A stretch of DNA of 64,000 bases, from NCBI GenBank assembly GCA_965644315.1, contig CBFFRQ010000065.1:248001-312000 (forward strand). Direction: 5' to 3'. This DNA is from Caecitellus pseudoparvulus (Eukaryota > Protista > Bigyra: Bicosoecida). Made by a program: the position numbers and the translations under genes. Positions 10,201 to 18,167 of the stretch are shown piece after piece. Position 1 is the first letter of the stretch; each line of letters starts with the position of its first letter. The notes under the pieces are model-generated. The model searched no databases. It saw only the letters and a list, made by a program, of their open reading frames with translations, and was not told where the DNA came from.

Positions 10201-11010
10201 CGGCAAAGAAACGCCACCCTCGCCACCACGCACCAGCGTGGAAGAAATGAGGTTACTTGGGATGTTCTGAAGTGCCTGACATAACTCCAAGAGCACAGTG
10301 TGGTTCTCCACCACTGCCATGGCGGCATCCAGCTCGGCCTGGATGTGCCCCGCCGGCAGTACGGGCATGTCCCGCAACTCAGTGTCCGCAGCAAGCCCGG
10401 CAACGTCATCAATGGCAGCACTGGCGGCGTCCATGTCCAGGGCTAGGAAGGCAGCGCGCAGGCGGCGCATGCGGGAGGCAATGGACCTGCACCGATTCAC
10501 CAGTGCCGAGCGGGATGCCGCGTCCTTTGAGGCAGCGAGGGCGGCTGCTAGGCGCGACTCCATGATGCCAGAGGGGGCCACACTGTGGCCATCTGGCGCC
10601 AGCTCCACTCCACCAGCCCGCAGAGCCTCTGCCAGCTTGCCGAGCAGCAGCCGTCGTTCAACTGCTGCTGCGACGGTCTCCAGCTCAGGGTGTGCAGCAG
10701 CGTGCAGGACTGGGATGGAGTGCAGGGCAGCCTCCACCTCCACGTACTTTCCAGTGTTAAGCAGACGTCGAATGTGCAGGAGATGGCGTGCTGCAAGCAG
10801 CAACTCCTCCTCCTCGGGCTTCTCAGGCTCGGTAACACCAGCATAGTACTCCTGCCACTGCTCCAGCACACCAGTCACTGCTTCCTCTTGCACTGAGCCA
10901 TCCTCTGCGAAAGTTGCGGTGCCACAACCCACAGCATCTCTGAAGTCTGCAACGACTGACGACCGGTGTGGCGCGACGTCGCTGTCGGACGAGGCAGAGT
11001 CAGAGGCCAT
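1276..11010 (-). CDS. Giant (3244 aa) Ala/Ser/Pro-rich protein with a C-proximal MyTH4-like domain and no myosin motor
   Basis: Uninterrupted 9.7-kb ORF starting at ATG. Near 2770-3240 the sequence 'TSLTK...RRMFRTVQGVLGD...LVDELVLQCIKQLSGSP...TRGWVLLHCLLSFCPVPTSFMPYLEAWL' matches the MyTH4 consensus (LRDEIYCQLxKQLTxNP..RGWxLLxxxxxxFPP..L..YL). Confidence 0.7.
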   Translation of the reverse strand: MASDSASSDSDVAPHRSSVVADFRDAVGCGTATFAEDGSVQEEAVTGVLEQWQEYYAGVTEPEKPEEEELLLAARHLLHIRRLLNTGKYVEVEAALHSIPVLHAAAHPELETVAAAVERRLLLGKLAEALRAGGVELAPDGHSVAPSGIMESRLAAALAASKDAASRSALVNRCRSIASRMRRLRAAFLALDMDAASAAIDDVAGLAADTELRDMPVLPAGHIQAELDAAMAVVENHTVLLELCQALQNIPSNLISSTLVRGGEGGVSLPELVLAEGGEGALDAVADVLAESEDFNPESQLVQQIMAAASLLQAVNGAAFAMAADVTAARRREVGQGGDLPGTRAALAAGRQQLEECLAMLKDVLDELGSDIQSMPSLLLRSAAERSGALQPGAEVDELSEEDFTDFQRQAVEVMHACGYSDAVDTLSHLRQLVAHCETWMLVFERQCLDLDSAHSAGDVQEASEGPDTQELSPEPEDGPGRPGGVHSARATPAQGSSSATQSPAGPSQHSSDADDASSSGSSTTTLDSQASGEAVAHDAGSGSPVVESRAGGESPLESDSVGEDADDLLARIQAETGLSLGAVHSSGTASSAEDSGSEHAGEEHVGLPEGRGQEHTPAPAEVPASAASHPAAAIEGDASSRASSTASSATSPNPASEAGGSVPLAASKPKPVGDSPPKKILGHSQGRTEPNPVPNPRAMLALAARKAGSTPPSPAAAGRRQAAAAPGPMLHAVADSHTSDRNGGGLPPAGHSAASQRGHSGWMRGDGSGMQMSGAAPAKAALPARNAGQSDPSPDLHTPAPSRRSGEDSATPSPRPPPPQPSIAAAVHEASSAAPREQKTSSPRVQASSPLRSEQGRDETGGQQMPQASPPVQAVSPASVHSSSPPPIPRQGAQFAADQAVRPPVHDGSAQSAVQESSVASGSASFSSGGRAAPSSLAAAGSPQVDALSCPPTDQEPSSVRKGGGPGASQQAEPTSTDMAPGSIRDAATTESSVQPRSTPSPSMAADKPTHVQSKPSFLDETVQHALVPQHLPSQDLVLPSAVDLPANSTGRTLLAVRRALKHGASPSAEAGGPSDTAFTETLLSALTGPKVAAHGDSLASSPAALSDLKHCAGLLKPAEAAALQCTHGRVLMPRDTVWPQAPEGQQAHLATALAITPSHAMLALPEHHVSLLALGPHTRGAGLWLTAVAELDRAVLWEEWGGVWDGLARLATALPPRALPPAWLALLCAGSGKAAAQQGPAAPLQASATRLRKLLNVAESASAGIAGVGSAAPSHTTRLSAAHPGLAKRRAEWVERVDSWLRESVLPGVLADMAAAAPLVEQEVAPRLQALARAVLSKAAEKAACQASRAIRPEHVFAALPQELCQLIAPRFAPSQQSVTALHQAMRELEQATADVEVVCETLNHGSAPCAQPECQHDAPLLQHAQAALKAAQQRDWPGLAKAVAQAALESGNRAQAGLVGAATGLAMGPLHGSVDALDRPASGLKLDLGGTFLAPQLAAAASYLPRELLGDSETSASIVPPFAADQPPHVPLLAAPGKAKLSSPHPAVPVAAVSLGSSSSGAPEAASNAKQAAPSTPRGQDSAAPAGAFNTPPSHTSAQSMPWAVAGDAPGRDWVLLQPMVTAQDEAALFGPGSPTASPGLAGRTVLRALAGEAERERVAGLGSTQASREGLVPALRLLWGAAQAAMHRQRISHEMATNLPRTPHLSSRPPTSEPAVSPSHVLGSMGTTRKTQHRVAAAKAELDATADATKALVSALGLAPSHPDGFGGRGAGSTSTSPSSPRGDEEWGLVSSAQTSPASRPGERLLLQTHSSKSSEPDTLGRVADLLLAMRHAHDAGDWSAVGEVVDAARAALGQLLLGDSPHMSTQVPSRHAGHSSQRVPPRTHGAAATPGLPRLHSLDDAALAAAEHLAHETQAAAMELAARVSLQALLCGLQASQSVSSAVADPAVPPAALLARVPRAGKVGQSKQGVGGSGPTQRAPDLAHLVSALDRGLMRAKQASEMGDGSPQLSQYRPGADRPGASSALGKALRTLSAAVSTPRLPPYITSCLGAAQRLLSMRKAASGAQWPTLLALCLANPPPPYQAAGSQRDRDTSAQGAGSLLQGDFSAWCQAVGVPADAVSAASHASLTSSEPMAGMWDAQPSLGGSEVSLARHAAAAARLVATEAAYWRNVAQTESGIAAVLPAAEEAAAALQADAMQEQLARLSLLGVPGVHPPPQPVWSKLLRAGLGSGDVISAPPSVGAGDRQQWDPSRRYATVEVAGAGGLRTRAGEVWTPVPAQLLPADMSPPAGSSLPPPRTWMRVALVPLPSIVASVEGERDGLLGTHAPGSTQSDVSAYALEGVERVPTPDDVQRRVRAVAHRAQQLSRLHAEVEDALGSGDEALMARALAQGKAMGLSLTALKPRPGGLHKPRPVGSDAPVSGPPLLGSSHAAPQSAAVAVPDATLGLLQRAAATLAKRHQHRAMAAAAVKARDIPTARRMVAEIDAAGDAGALPADLLADLRALASETAATTALARLAELSAQPAEGVDADALIAAAAQARLHMGRTEAAGGEDGAATTGSGAALSPRLLSMQENTTFGGQAALVAPLHHYRIKAYPNLRSSDEFEELSGVPGAGAGMLMHSGAGLGTSLTKQPQGVIMLTRRMFRTVQGVLGDSSLHAPAQGGVDWISPPVVEGVTALVHIGCIVQYLVDELVLQCIKQLSGSPPDVAMTRGWVLLHCLLSFCPVPTSFMPYLEAWLVQQSKPGILETLYRAHIARAHGTHGWAPEQPRGIPARGRRRRASVLRSEHAAAGAPALPPALASAGTSILDIMPGLAAATHATPEALMSLPSHDEVESALRTASAAAAGGWTSDLVVLPHTSRPPAAGPRSSPYKAVPTTPAGAAAAALRKTLQTVAPGVSPPMTSPPSSQRQTQMQLSSPGYALAELWDSLPVQPQEAHGSGAHASDSDGASSLPSLASTQLEEEGSEGPSPRARHPPSRIPIPHPTRRHGSHLVEYPPGVDTPTGLSVRSRRRLEASRAERPKSTRRGPLRKVKGVPRHLPVELSESSSVLELDAGSPGSLHPQTWRVPAVAPVKPEPRTTAYLPAPLPSAAGGKQDAAGLRQAKAAGPTVARWVVPALPDEAAPTPPVVPHGYAQRHQAAHRSKAGQLPHDSAPHASVDLRSPPAPRTRKAGPVHAQGHAASRASQRHGSTGHSRQTWATPGTSAGQPLSMVDLATPAVAQEDDWGITHASTRNTPW

Positions 11011-11319
11011 GCTGCGGAAGTAGGGAAAAACGCTTCGCAGACCAGGCGCCTTTCGTCAGTCCTTGCGCGAAGGGTGTTCACAGGCGGCGGCGCAAGCGCG
11101 ACGACCAAGTCAAACCACTACACAGCAGGGTGTGGGAGAGGTCTGAGTGCTTCAACAGCACGTCTGGGTCAATCTGAGCGAGCGAGCTGCCTCACAGCTT
11201 CAGTTTCCTTTGCCTGCAACCGTGCCCCGCAATGTTGGGGGAAGCCAAGCACAGCACCGGGCGCTGTGAAGCTTGCAGTTCTGCAACCTCTGGCGGCCTT
11301 CCTTGCATTGTGCCAGACT

Positions 11320-14029
11320 TTACAGTTTGTCGAGGAAAAATGATGCAGGGTGGGGCTCTTCGCTGAGGCCGCCTTCCAGGCGCCGACGAGACACAGCTTG
11401 GGCCAGTGCACTTTGTGGATCATCCAGCCTCCCTTCCAGGGCACTCCAGCCACAAGAGCTCCAGTACAGCACGGCATCTCCATCAGATGCATCGCCTGCA
11501 GCTTGTATGACGTCATCGTGGGCCTCAACTGGCACCTGGCACTTGATGATGGACGGGAGCCCGCCGCTGGCTTGCGTCACCTCCAGCACTTCTGCCCCCG
11601 CACTTTGCACTGCATCCAGGACTACATCTACAAACTGCTGCATGACGAGCGCATTGCACTCAAGAGCAGCAAGCGCTAGTGTGGGTTCAGCGCTGAGCAT
11701 GCCGCCGTACACCACCCGCCGCGCTGTGGGGAGCAGCTGCCCCACGCCGCGATGGATCGCGTCAGCGTAATACAAGGCATCCACCAAGTGCACCTGTACG
11801 CCATGCAAGGGGTCTCCACACAATGGGCCCTCTGCTGTTGCCATGTGAAAGCCGCTAGCAACGCCTGCCCTGAGTTCATCGATGCACCGCAGCATCTTCG
11901 TGGACTCGAACAAGGCGCAGGCTGCGTCCTGCTCTGGACCAACTGCCCACAAACGCCCAGAAGCTGGGCTGATGCCGAAGTCCTTAAGTGCTGAAGAGTG
12001 AAGGGGATCAGACTTTGGGGGGAACTGGAACGCCCCAGTCTGAAGAGCGTCGACCATGGGCTCAGGAAGCCGACCAACCTCTGCCCACAGTCGGTTGTGC
12101 TTGTTTGGCGACTTCGCCATGACGGCAGCTGGCGTGGTGCCCCGGACACCCTCCCGGGCACATGGCACAACGTTGGAGGTGCGGATCTGGAGCCCAGGGA
12201 ATCCCATTGTCTGGGTGTTCTCCGCGGCGCGGCGAAGCAGCGCTGGAGTGGCACCGTACACACAGTGCTCCCCCGATGCCCGTGTGCCAACTGCAATCTC
12301 ACAGTGAACGTGAGCCAGCCAGCGCAGGGCTTGCACGAGGCGGGGCATGTGCTGGGCGGCCAGCGGCTCGATGGCCATGCAGCATGCCCTGCGAATGCTT
12401 CTGTACAATGGAGTCAAGGGCTGCAAGCTTGCGTCGTCACTCAGAGTGCATGCGTCTGTGAGGGATGTACCGCTTGTCTCCAGCAGAACCACGTGCCCCG
12501 CCACAGCTGAAGGGACTGCAGCGGTCTTGTGCTGGAATGGAAGAAGGATTCGCTCCACAACTACTTTGTGTGGGGCGCACTTCTTGCCTTCACTCAACAC
12601 GTACAGCTCCTGGCCGCTCTGCAAAATGCCCGACACAACGCGGCCCATTGGCAGGAACGGGGCTGCTGAGCCTGTGCACGGCAAGTACTTGACGACATCC
12701 ACAACAGCTGGTCCACTCTCGGCGGCTGCCTCTAATACTGAGTACATGTCACCTTTCGCGAAGGATGCAAGCCTCTCAGTCGCCCGCGAAGCTGGTACAA
12801 GCGCTGTTCGCAGCAGTTGCGAGAAGGCACGTTCAAGCGGCAGCCAGCAACGCAGGAAGGCAGACGAGCGCGAGTCACCAGTCTGTTCTGAAACTTGACT
12901 AAAGCTCTGGCCAAGATGCAGCTTCTCGGCCATGCTGGCCAGTCGCTCTGGGTCAGTGCGTGCCGCTCGGATCACCTCCCGAAGCGGGCGCAGAACCAAT
13001 CGGACGAAAGCGCAGTTCTTTGAGCTGTGAGGCGAAGGAGCCCCTTCCATCTCCTCCCAACTTTTCGTACTTGGGTGGAAGATGAAGCCACCCCACATTC
13101 TTTCCAAGAACTCTTCCTGGGGCATGGCGAGCTTTGCTGCGTACTCAGCCGCAAAATCCTGCAAGCTGAAGCTCCAGCCATGACGCGAGCTGCCACATAG
13201 GACTGTGCACTGCCGCATGTCCACCCGGACAGGGTCTGCGACACCCACTGAACCAGTGGCGAGAGCAAGGTTGACTTCTTCTATGCGCTGCCACAGCGCC
13301 GCGTACAGCGAAGGCAGTGATAACTCCTCGTCAGCCAGCGCTTCATGCAACCCGTCCAGGAACAGCAGTGGCGTCATACCCTCCGACGCCACCGACCGCA
13401 CGTCCGCCGCAAGGCAATCCACCAAAGGTGCAAAGCAGTGCGTTGTGATGACACCATTGTCGCTCATCCGCAAGGCACCAGCGACGTCCCGTGTCCCATC
13501 CCGCGCACACGCACTGGCGTGCAAGCGGACCAGCGAGCCACCTGTGAGCGGCCCCGCAGCCCCTGCAGCAGCGGCAGCTCCGGAACCAGGCACGAACAGC
13601 GCATGAGGGACAAGAGATGGGACGCCAATGTGGACATCCTCAGGGGCCCGTGTGCCCGTGAATCGGTGGTCAGGCCTTGGCGGCGGCGCAGGAATGAGCC
13701 AGGCTTCCTCCAGGCGCTTCACCAAACACGACTCCGTTCCACCTTGGGCGCACAGCACTGCGACGTGGCACTGTTCATACTCTCCCCTAGCCGCCCGTTC
13801 ATAGTCAAACTCCGCAACCTTCACTTCATCGCTGCTGGTCGCCTGTGAAGGTGTTGGCGTGTTGGGAGGCAAATTCCGCAAGGGTGCCGGAGCTCAAGGG
13901 AGGGCGTCTTGACAGGGAGGACGGAGAAGAGATGTCAAAACTGACCGCAAGCATACATACCTGTGTGGGACTTGCGTGTGGTTCATCATGCGCATGATCG
14001 GAAGAAGGGAGGCTCTCGCTGTGTGACAT
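11320..14029 (-). CDS. Divergent eukaryotic elongation factor 2 (eEF2) paralog with degenerate GTPase motifs
   Basis: Exon 1 is 14029-13961 (MSHSESL...PTQ), the intron is 13960-13843 (GTATGT...CACAG), exon 2 is 13842-11320; about 863 aa. eEF2-type motifs: 'RFTGTR', 'GSSRHGWSF', 'KSPNKHNRL', 'EGPLC', 'ADAIHRGVGQLLPTARR', C-terminal 'FLDKL'. Confidence 0.85.
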
Positions 14030-14352
14030 GCGACTCCTTGCAAGTTTCCGATCGTGCAAAACGCCTCACGTTGCTCCACGACACACCCGGTGCAGGCAGG
14101 CCGTCGATGACCTGATAAGCACAGTATGCAATGAGGCCTGCAGTGGATTCTTCGAGCTGTGCGGTGTGGTTGATTGTGAGCGCTGCACGCGAGCCGCAGG
14201 TGCTGGACGCTGCCCCTCGCAAGTTCTGCGGGCAAACATATTCCATTACTATCCTTAACACCAACTTACGCAGTCATCCAACTCGCCCTTGTGCCACGTG
14301 AGCCCCCGTTTCCACCTGAAGCACGTCGCTGTCACTGCGGAATCTGGACACC

Positions 14353-15108
14353 ATGGTCACCAGCAGAGCCCCAGTCCCGCTGTGGGCCTATGCGGTGCCC
14401 AACCTCATCACTCTGGCAGGAATGGCTTGTGGAGCTTACATGGCACTGACCATGCAGTTTTCGTGAGTTTTCTGGCGCTATTTATGCGGCGCCCAGCCCA
14501 GAGCGAATCTCAGCGGTGCTCGCGCAGGTGGCTGCTATTCTTCGCCTGCTGCTTCGCGGACTTCCTGGATGGAACAGCTGCTCGTCTCCTCAAAGCTAGC
14601 TCTACGTTTGGTGCCGTCATGGACAGCGTGCGTGTTGGAGGCGCAGAGAGACGGTGGCGTCCCGGCAACCGCTGGTCCTCACCACGCCGGAAGCGTTTTC
14701 TGCACAGGTGGGCGATGCGTTGAACTTCGTGATTGTCCCAGCAGTTCTTCTTCACAAACAACTCGACATGCCCTGGGTGGTGGCTGTTTTCATTGCATCT
14801 GGCATCGGCAGGCGTGCGTGCGGCAAGCTGGCCCAGGCTGAGCTTTGCTCGGACACTTCCTCGCCGCACATGTCCCGCACGCAGTGATTTTGTTCACCCT
14901 CGGCACGTATGACCCTGCACCTGGCGTGAGCATCGGCCTTCCAACTCCTGCAGCTGCTGGGCTCTTGTTCACTTTCGCGTTCGGCGTGAGTTTGGAGCCC
15001 CAGATGCTGACTTGGTTGGTGCTGGCTCTTGCCGCGGCCATGCACGTGCCTCTGCGGGTGTGGAAGCCGTCTTTGGGCAAGGAAGGCAAAACGGACAAGT
15101 CAGCCTGA
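14353..15108 (+). CDS. CDP-alcohol phosphatidyltransferase (PssA / phosphatidylserine synthase-like)
   Basis: Four exons (14353-14462, 14528-14627, 14708-14813, 14885-15108) joined by GT-AG introns in frame. Contains 'PNLITL', the signature DFLDGTAARLLKASSTFGAVMDSVGD (DxxDGxxAR...GxxxDxxxD) and 'GLPTPAAAG'. Confidence 0.85.
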
Positions 15109-15117
15109 CGCCGGACG

Positions 15118-16472
15118 TTAGTTCTTCGTGTCACTGGCTATGTCTGAGAAGTGCACCGTTGCAGAGCCGCGTGCCTTGGGCTTTTGCTGGCTCGCATGCG
15201 GACACCAGCCCGTGGCGTAAATGATCGTGAACGTCGCCACCACGCTCGTGTCAGCGGCCCTGCCGGCCAGCAGCTGCTGCTCCACACTAGCCCACGGCTC
15301 TTCGCTGTGCTCCACGTGGTAGGCAGCCGCCGTGGCTAGCATGGCGTCCTGCCGCAGAGTGGAGCGTCCACGCATGCCGGCAGCGCTGTCCCCCGCCCGC
15401 TGCAAGTGCTCCATCAGCACAGCCGCGGAGCCGTATCCGATGGCGATGTCCTCCGTGTCCACGGTGGGCAAAGCCAGCCCCGCAGCCTGCAGCAGGCCGC
15501 CCACGTCTGACACCCGTGTCGTGGGCGACGTGTGGGGCAGGGGCCCTCCGCGTCGGTCGAAGTCTGCCATGGCCGAGGACGTCGCCAGCTCAGACAGGGT
15601 GTCGCCCCCCACCAAGGCGGCCAGGAACATGCCGTCTGGTTTCAAGATGCGGCGCACGTCACGCAGAGTGCCAGGAAGGTCGTTCACCCACTGCAGGTTC
15701 AGGTTGCTGACCACCAAGTCGAAGGTGTCATCAGCAAAAGGGAGGAACTCTTCGTCCCCCAAGACGGGCAGGATGGAAGCTGCTGCAAGGGGTCCTTGGG
15801 CATTGGCCAGCACCTGCGGCTCTGCTCCTGGGGCTTCTTCCGGCGCATCAAAGTCGAAGTCCAATGCATCCATGCTGGAGTCTGTCTGAGGAGAGTACTG
15901 TGAAGAGGCCAAAGACCCAGCTTGGGCTTCCCGGTCGCCAGCCTGCCAAGCTTTGGCAGCAGTCAGGCCGCGCTGCAGCTGGGCGTGGCTGGAGTCCATC
16001 AGCACCAGCTCCTGGATGCCCGCATCCCACGCCCCACCTTCCCGGGCATGCTCATACAGCGCCCGCACGAAGCTGCCCCCACCCACCTGCAGGTCCAGGA
16101 CCCTCGGAAACTCTCGTCGAATGTCCTGTGCTCGGGCAAGGCAGCAGCCGTGACGTCATGCCGGGCTCGCGACCCAGGCGACTCGCTTCCTTACTCGCAG
16201 CTTGTCCACCAAGCGGTAAGCAACTTCATCGCGCAGATAGTCATAGTCAGCAGCATCCTCTTGCTGCCCTGACCAGTCACGTTGGCGGCGCTTGACGCCT
16301 GCGCATGGCCGGGGTGAAGTGCGGAAATCGACTCGCACGCGAGGGACAGCGCTGGCTGCCCACCTCGTTGAAAGACCGTCTGCGAAGCTGTACTGCAGCA
16401 TCGAAGAAGCTGCTTAGTAGTATGCAGTCCGTCAGCGACGTGACCGTGAACTCGTCCAGCCAAACGCAGCAT
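15118..16472 (-). CDS. NDUFAF5: NDUFAF5-like mitochondrial complex I assembly factor (SAM-dependent methyltransferase fold)
   Basis: Three exons (16472-16364, 16298-16195, 16125-15118). Arg-rich presequence, then 'VFQRGVKRRQRD..YDYLRDEVAYRLVDKLRDIRREFP', 'GDEEFLPF', 'NLQWVNDLPG', 'PTVD', and C-terminal 'GWCPHASQQKPKARGSA'. Confidence 0.9.
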
Positions 16473-17099
16473 GCTGCCGGGCCACGCTGGGGCACTCAGT
16501 GGTGCTGCTGCTCCTCACGCCGAGCAGGCTGGCGGCCTCTGCAGCGGCAGGCCGAACGGCACCTGTCGTGCAGATTGCTGTCCTTGTAAAAAATGCGGCT
16601 GAATCCTGGCTGGCAACATGCGTAGGGGTTGTGAGTCTTGGTTGCGTGAGATTGAGGGAGATGCGTGGTTGCAGCCACCTGCCCCGCCAGATCGCAATGG
16701 CGCGCTGTACCACGGCCAAGGCCTGCCCAGGGCTTCTGCAGAAGGCTTTCGCCTGAGCCTTGTGGGCTGTTTCTCCACTTGCCAGCTCGCGCTTCAACCA
16801 CGGTGAAGTAGCCGGCCGCTTCTAGTACAGACCTCAAGGGGTGTCCAGGAAGCTATTGTAGCGACTATTCCGCCAAGATACCGGGCACTCCATCGTCCCC
16901 GGGGGGGCTGTTCACTCCCATGGATCCCCTCTTCAGGCCGCCCCGCGCTTTGCTCCAGCTGGGAACGCTGGTCGAGCGGGGCTCGGGACACTTGTGATCC
17001 CTGCTGCCAAACAAAACAAACCTTTCTTCACGCACACACGCTAGAGACTTCAAAGCGAACCTGCCAGTGCCTGAATCCGCACATTTCACGCACACCAAC

Positions 17100-18135
17100 A
17101 TGCTTGCCGTCGCAGCTGCAGCACGGCGCTGCGCCAGCGCCATCAGCCGCAGCTCAGCGTGGCGGAGCGCCGCATGGGCACCTTCTGTGCGAGGAATGGC
17201 GGTGGCTCCATCGGCAGACACGCGAATTTCCTTGAACCTGGGCGTGGAGTTTCCTGATTTCCAGGTGAGAGCGCACCGAGCCTGGTGCAGGGCGGTGCCG
17301 GTGTCAAGGTTCGCGCGGAATTCGAAGCCCGACACGCTTTGCGCCTCGGCCATCCTGCCAGGTGAAGACCACCCACGGTGAAATGGGCTTGCACTCCTTC
17401 TTCGAGGATTCATGGACGATTCTGTTCAGTCACCCCAGGGATTTCACGTGCGTGCAGAGCAAGGCGACTCGCCGTACCTGATATGCTCACGCTGACTCTG
17501 CCCGCCTTGGATCTCTGAGCGCAGACCCGTGTGCACGACTGAGCTGGGGGAAATTGCAAAGCTGCAGCCCGAGTTCGAGGCCAGGGGAGTCAAGCTTCTG
17601 GCTCTGTCCTGCGACAGCGTGGAGGACCACGAGAGCTGGAAATGTGACATTGAAGCCGCGCGTGGCACGCCTGTGACGTACCCCATCATCGACGACAGCC
17701 AGCGCCACCTGTCCGTCGCGCTGGGCTTCCTGGATCCCGATGAGAAGGACATGGATGGGCTCCCAGTGCCTGTCCGTGCAGTTGTCATTGTCGGGCCAGA
17801 CAAGTGAGTCCCGACCGCCCCACATTCCTACGTGCAGTACTGCACGGATTCGCTTGCCACCCCTCGCTCTGCGCAGGAAGGTGAAGTTGACTATCACATA
17901 CCCGCCGTCTGTCGGGCGCAACACTGCTGAGTTGCTGCGCGTCGTGGATGCCCTGCAGCTGGGCGCGGCATTCCCTGTCGCGACGCCGGTGAATTGGCAG
18001 CCGGGGGATGATGTCATGATCACGCCAGGAGTGACTCCTGAGCAGGCAGCCGAGCAGTTCCCAGGCCATAAGGTTGTGGACGTGCCCAGTGGCAAGGCCT
18101 ACCTGCGAACAACCTCTCCCCCTCAGCACAAGTGA
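17100..18135 (+). CDS. PRDX6: 1-Cys peroxiredoxin (Prx6 family) with a probable mitochondrial presequence
   Basis: Four exons (17100-17264, 17362-17447, 17525-17803, 17877-18135). Active site '[16 protein letters not shown]', plus 'YPPSVGRN', '[10 protein letters not shown]' and 'PSGKAYLR'. Confidence 0.93.
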
Positions 18136-18167
18136 GGCTTGCAAAGTGCTCAAGAGCTGGAATGCAT

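Noticed and set aside
13986-14264. Alternative 5' exon for the eEF2-like gene (MEYVCPQNLR...)
   Set aside because: It superficially resembles the eEF2 N-terminus. However, the G1-equivalent segment is already in the main exon, and ATG 14029 with a GTATGT donor gives a clean in-frame model.
16473-17099. Small ORFs or possible ncRNA between NDUFAF5 and Prx6
   Set aside because: No consistent start or splice model and no recognisable RNA motif. An unannotated small gene cannot be excluded.
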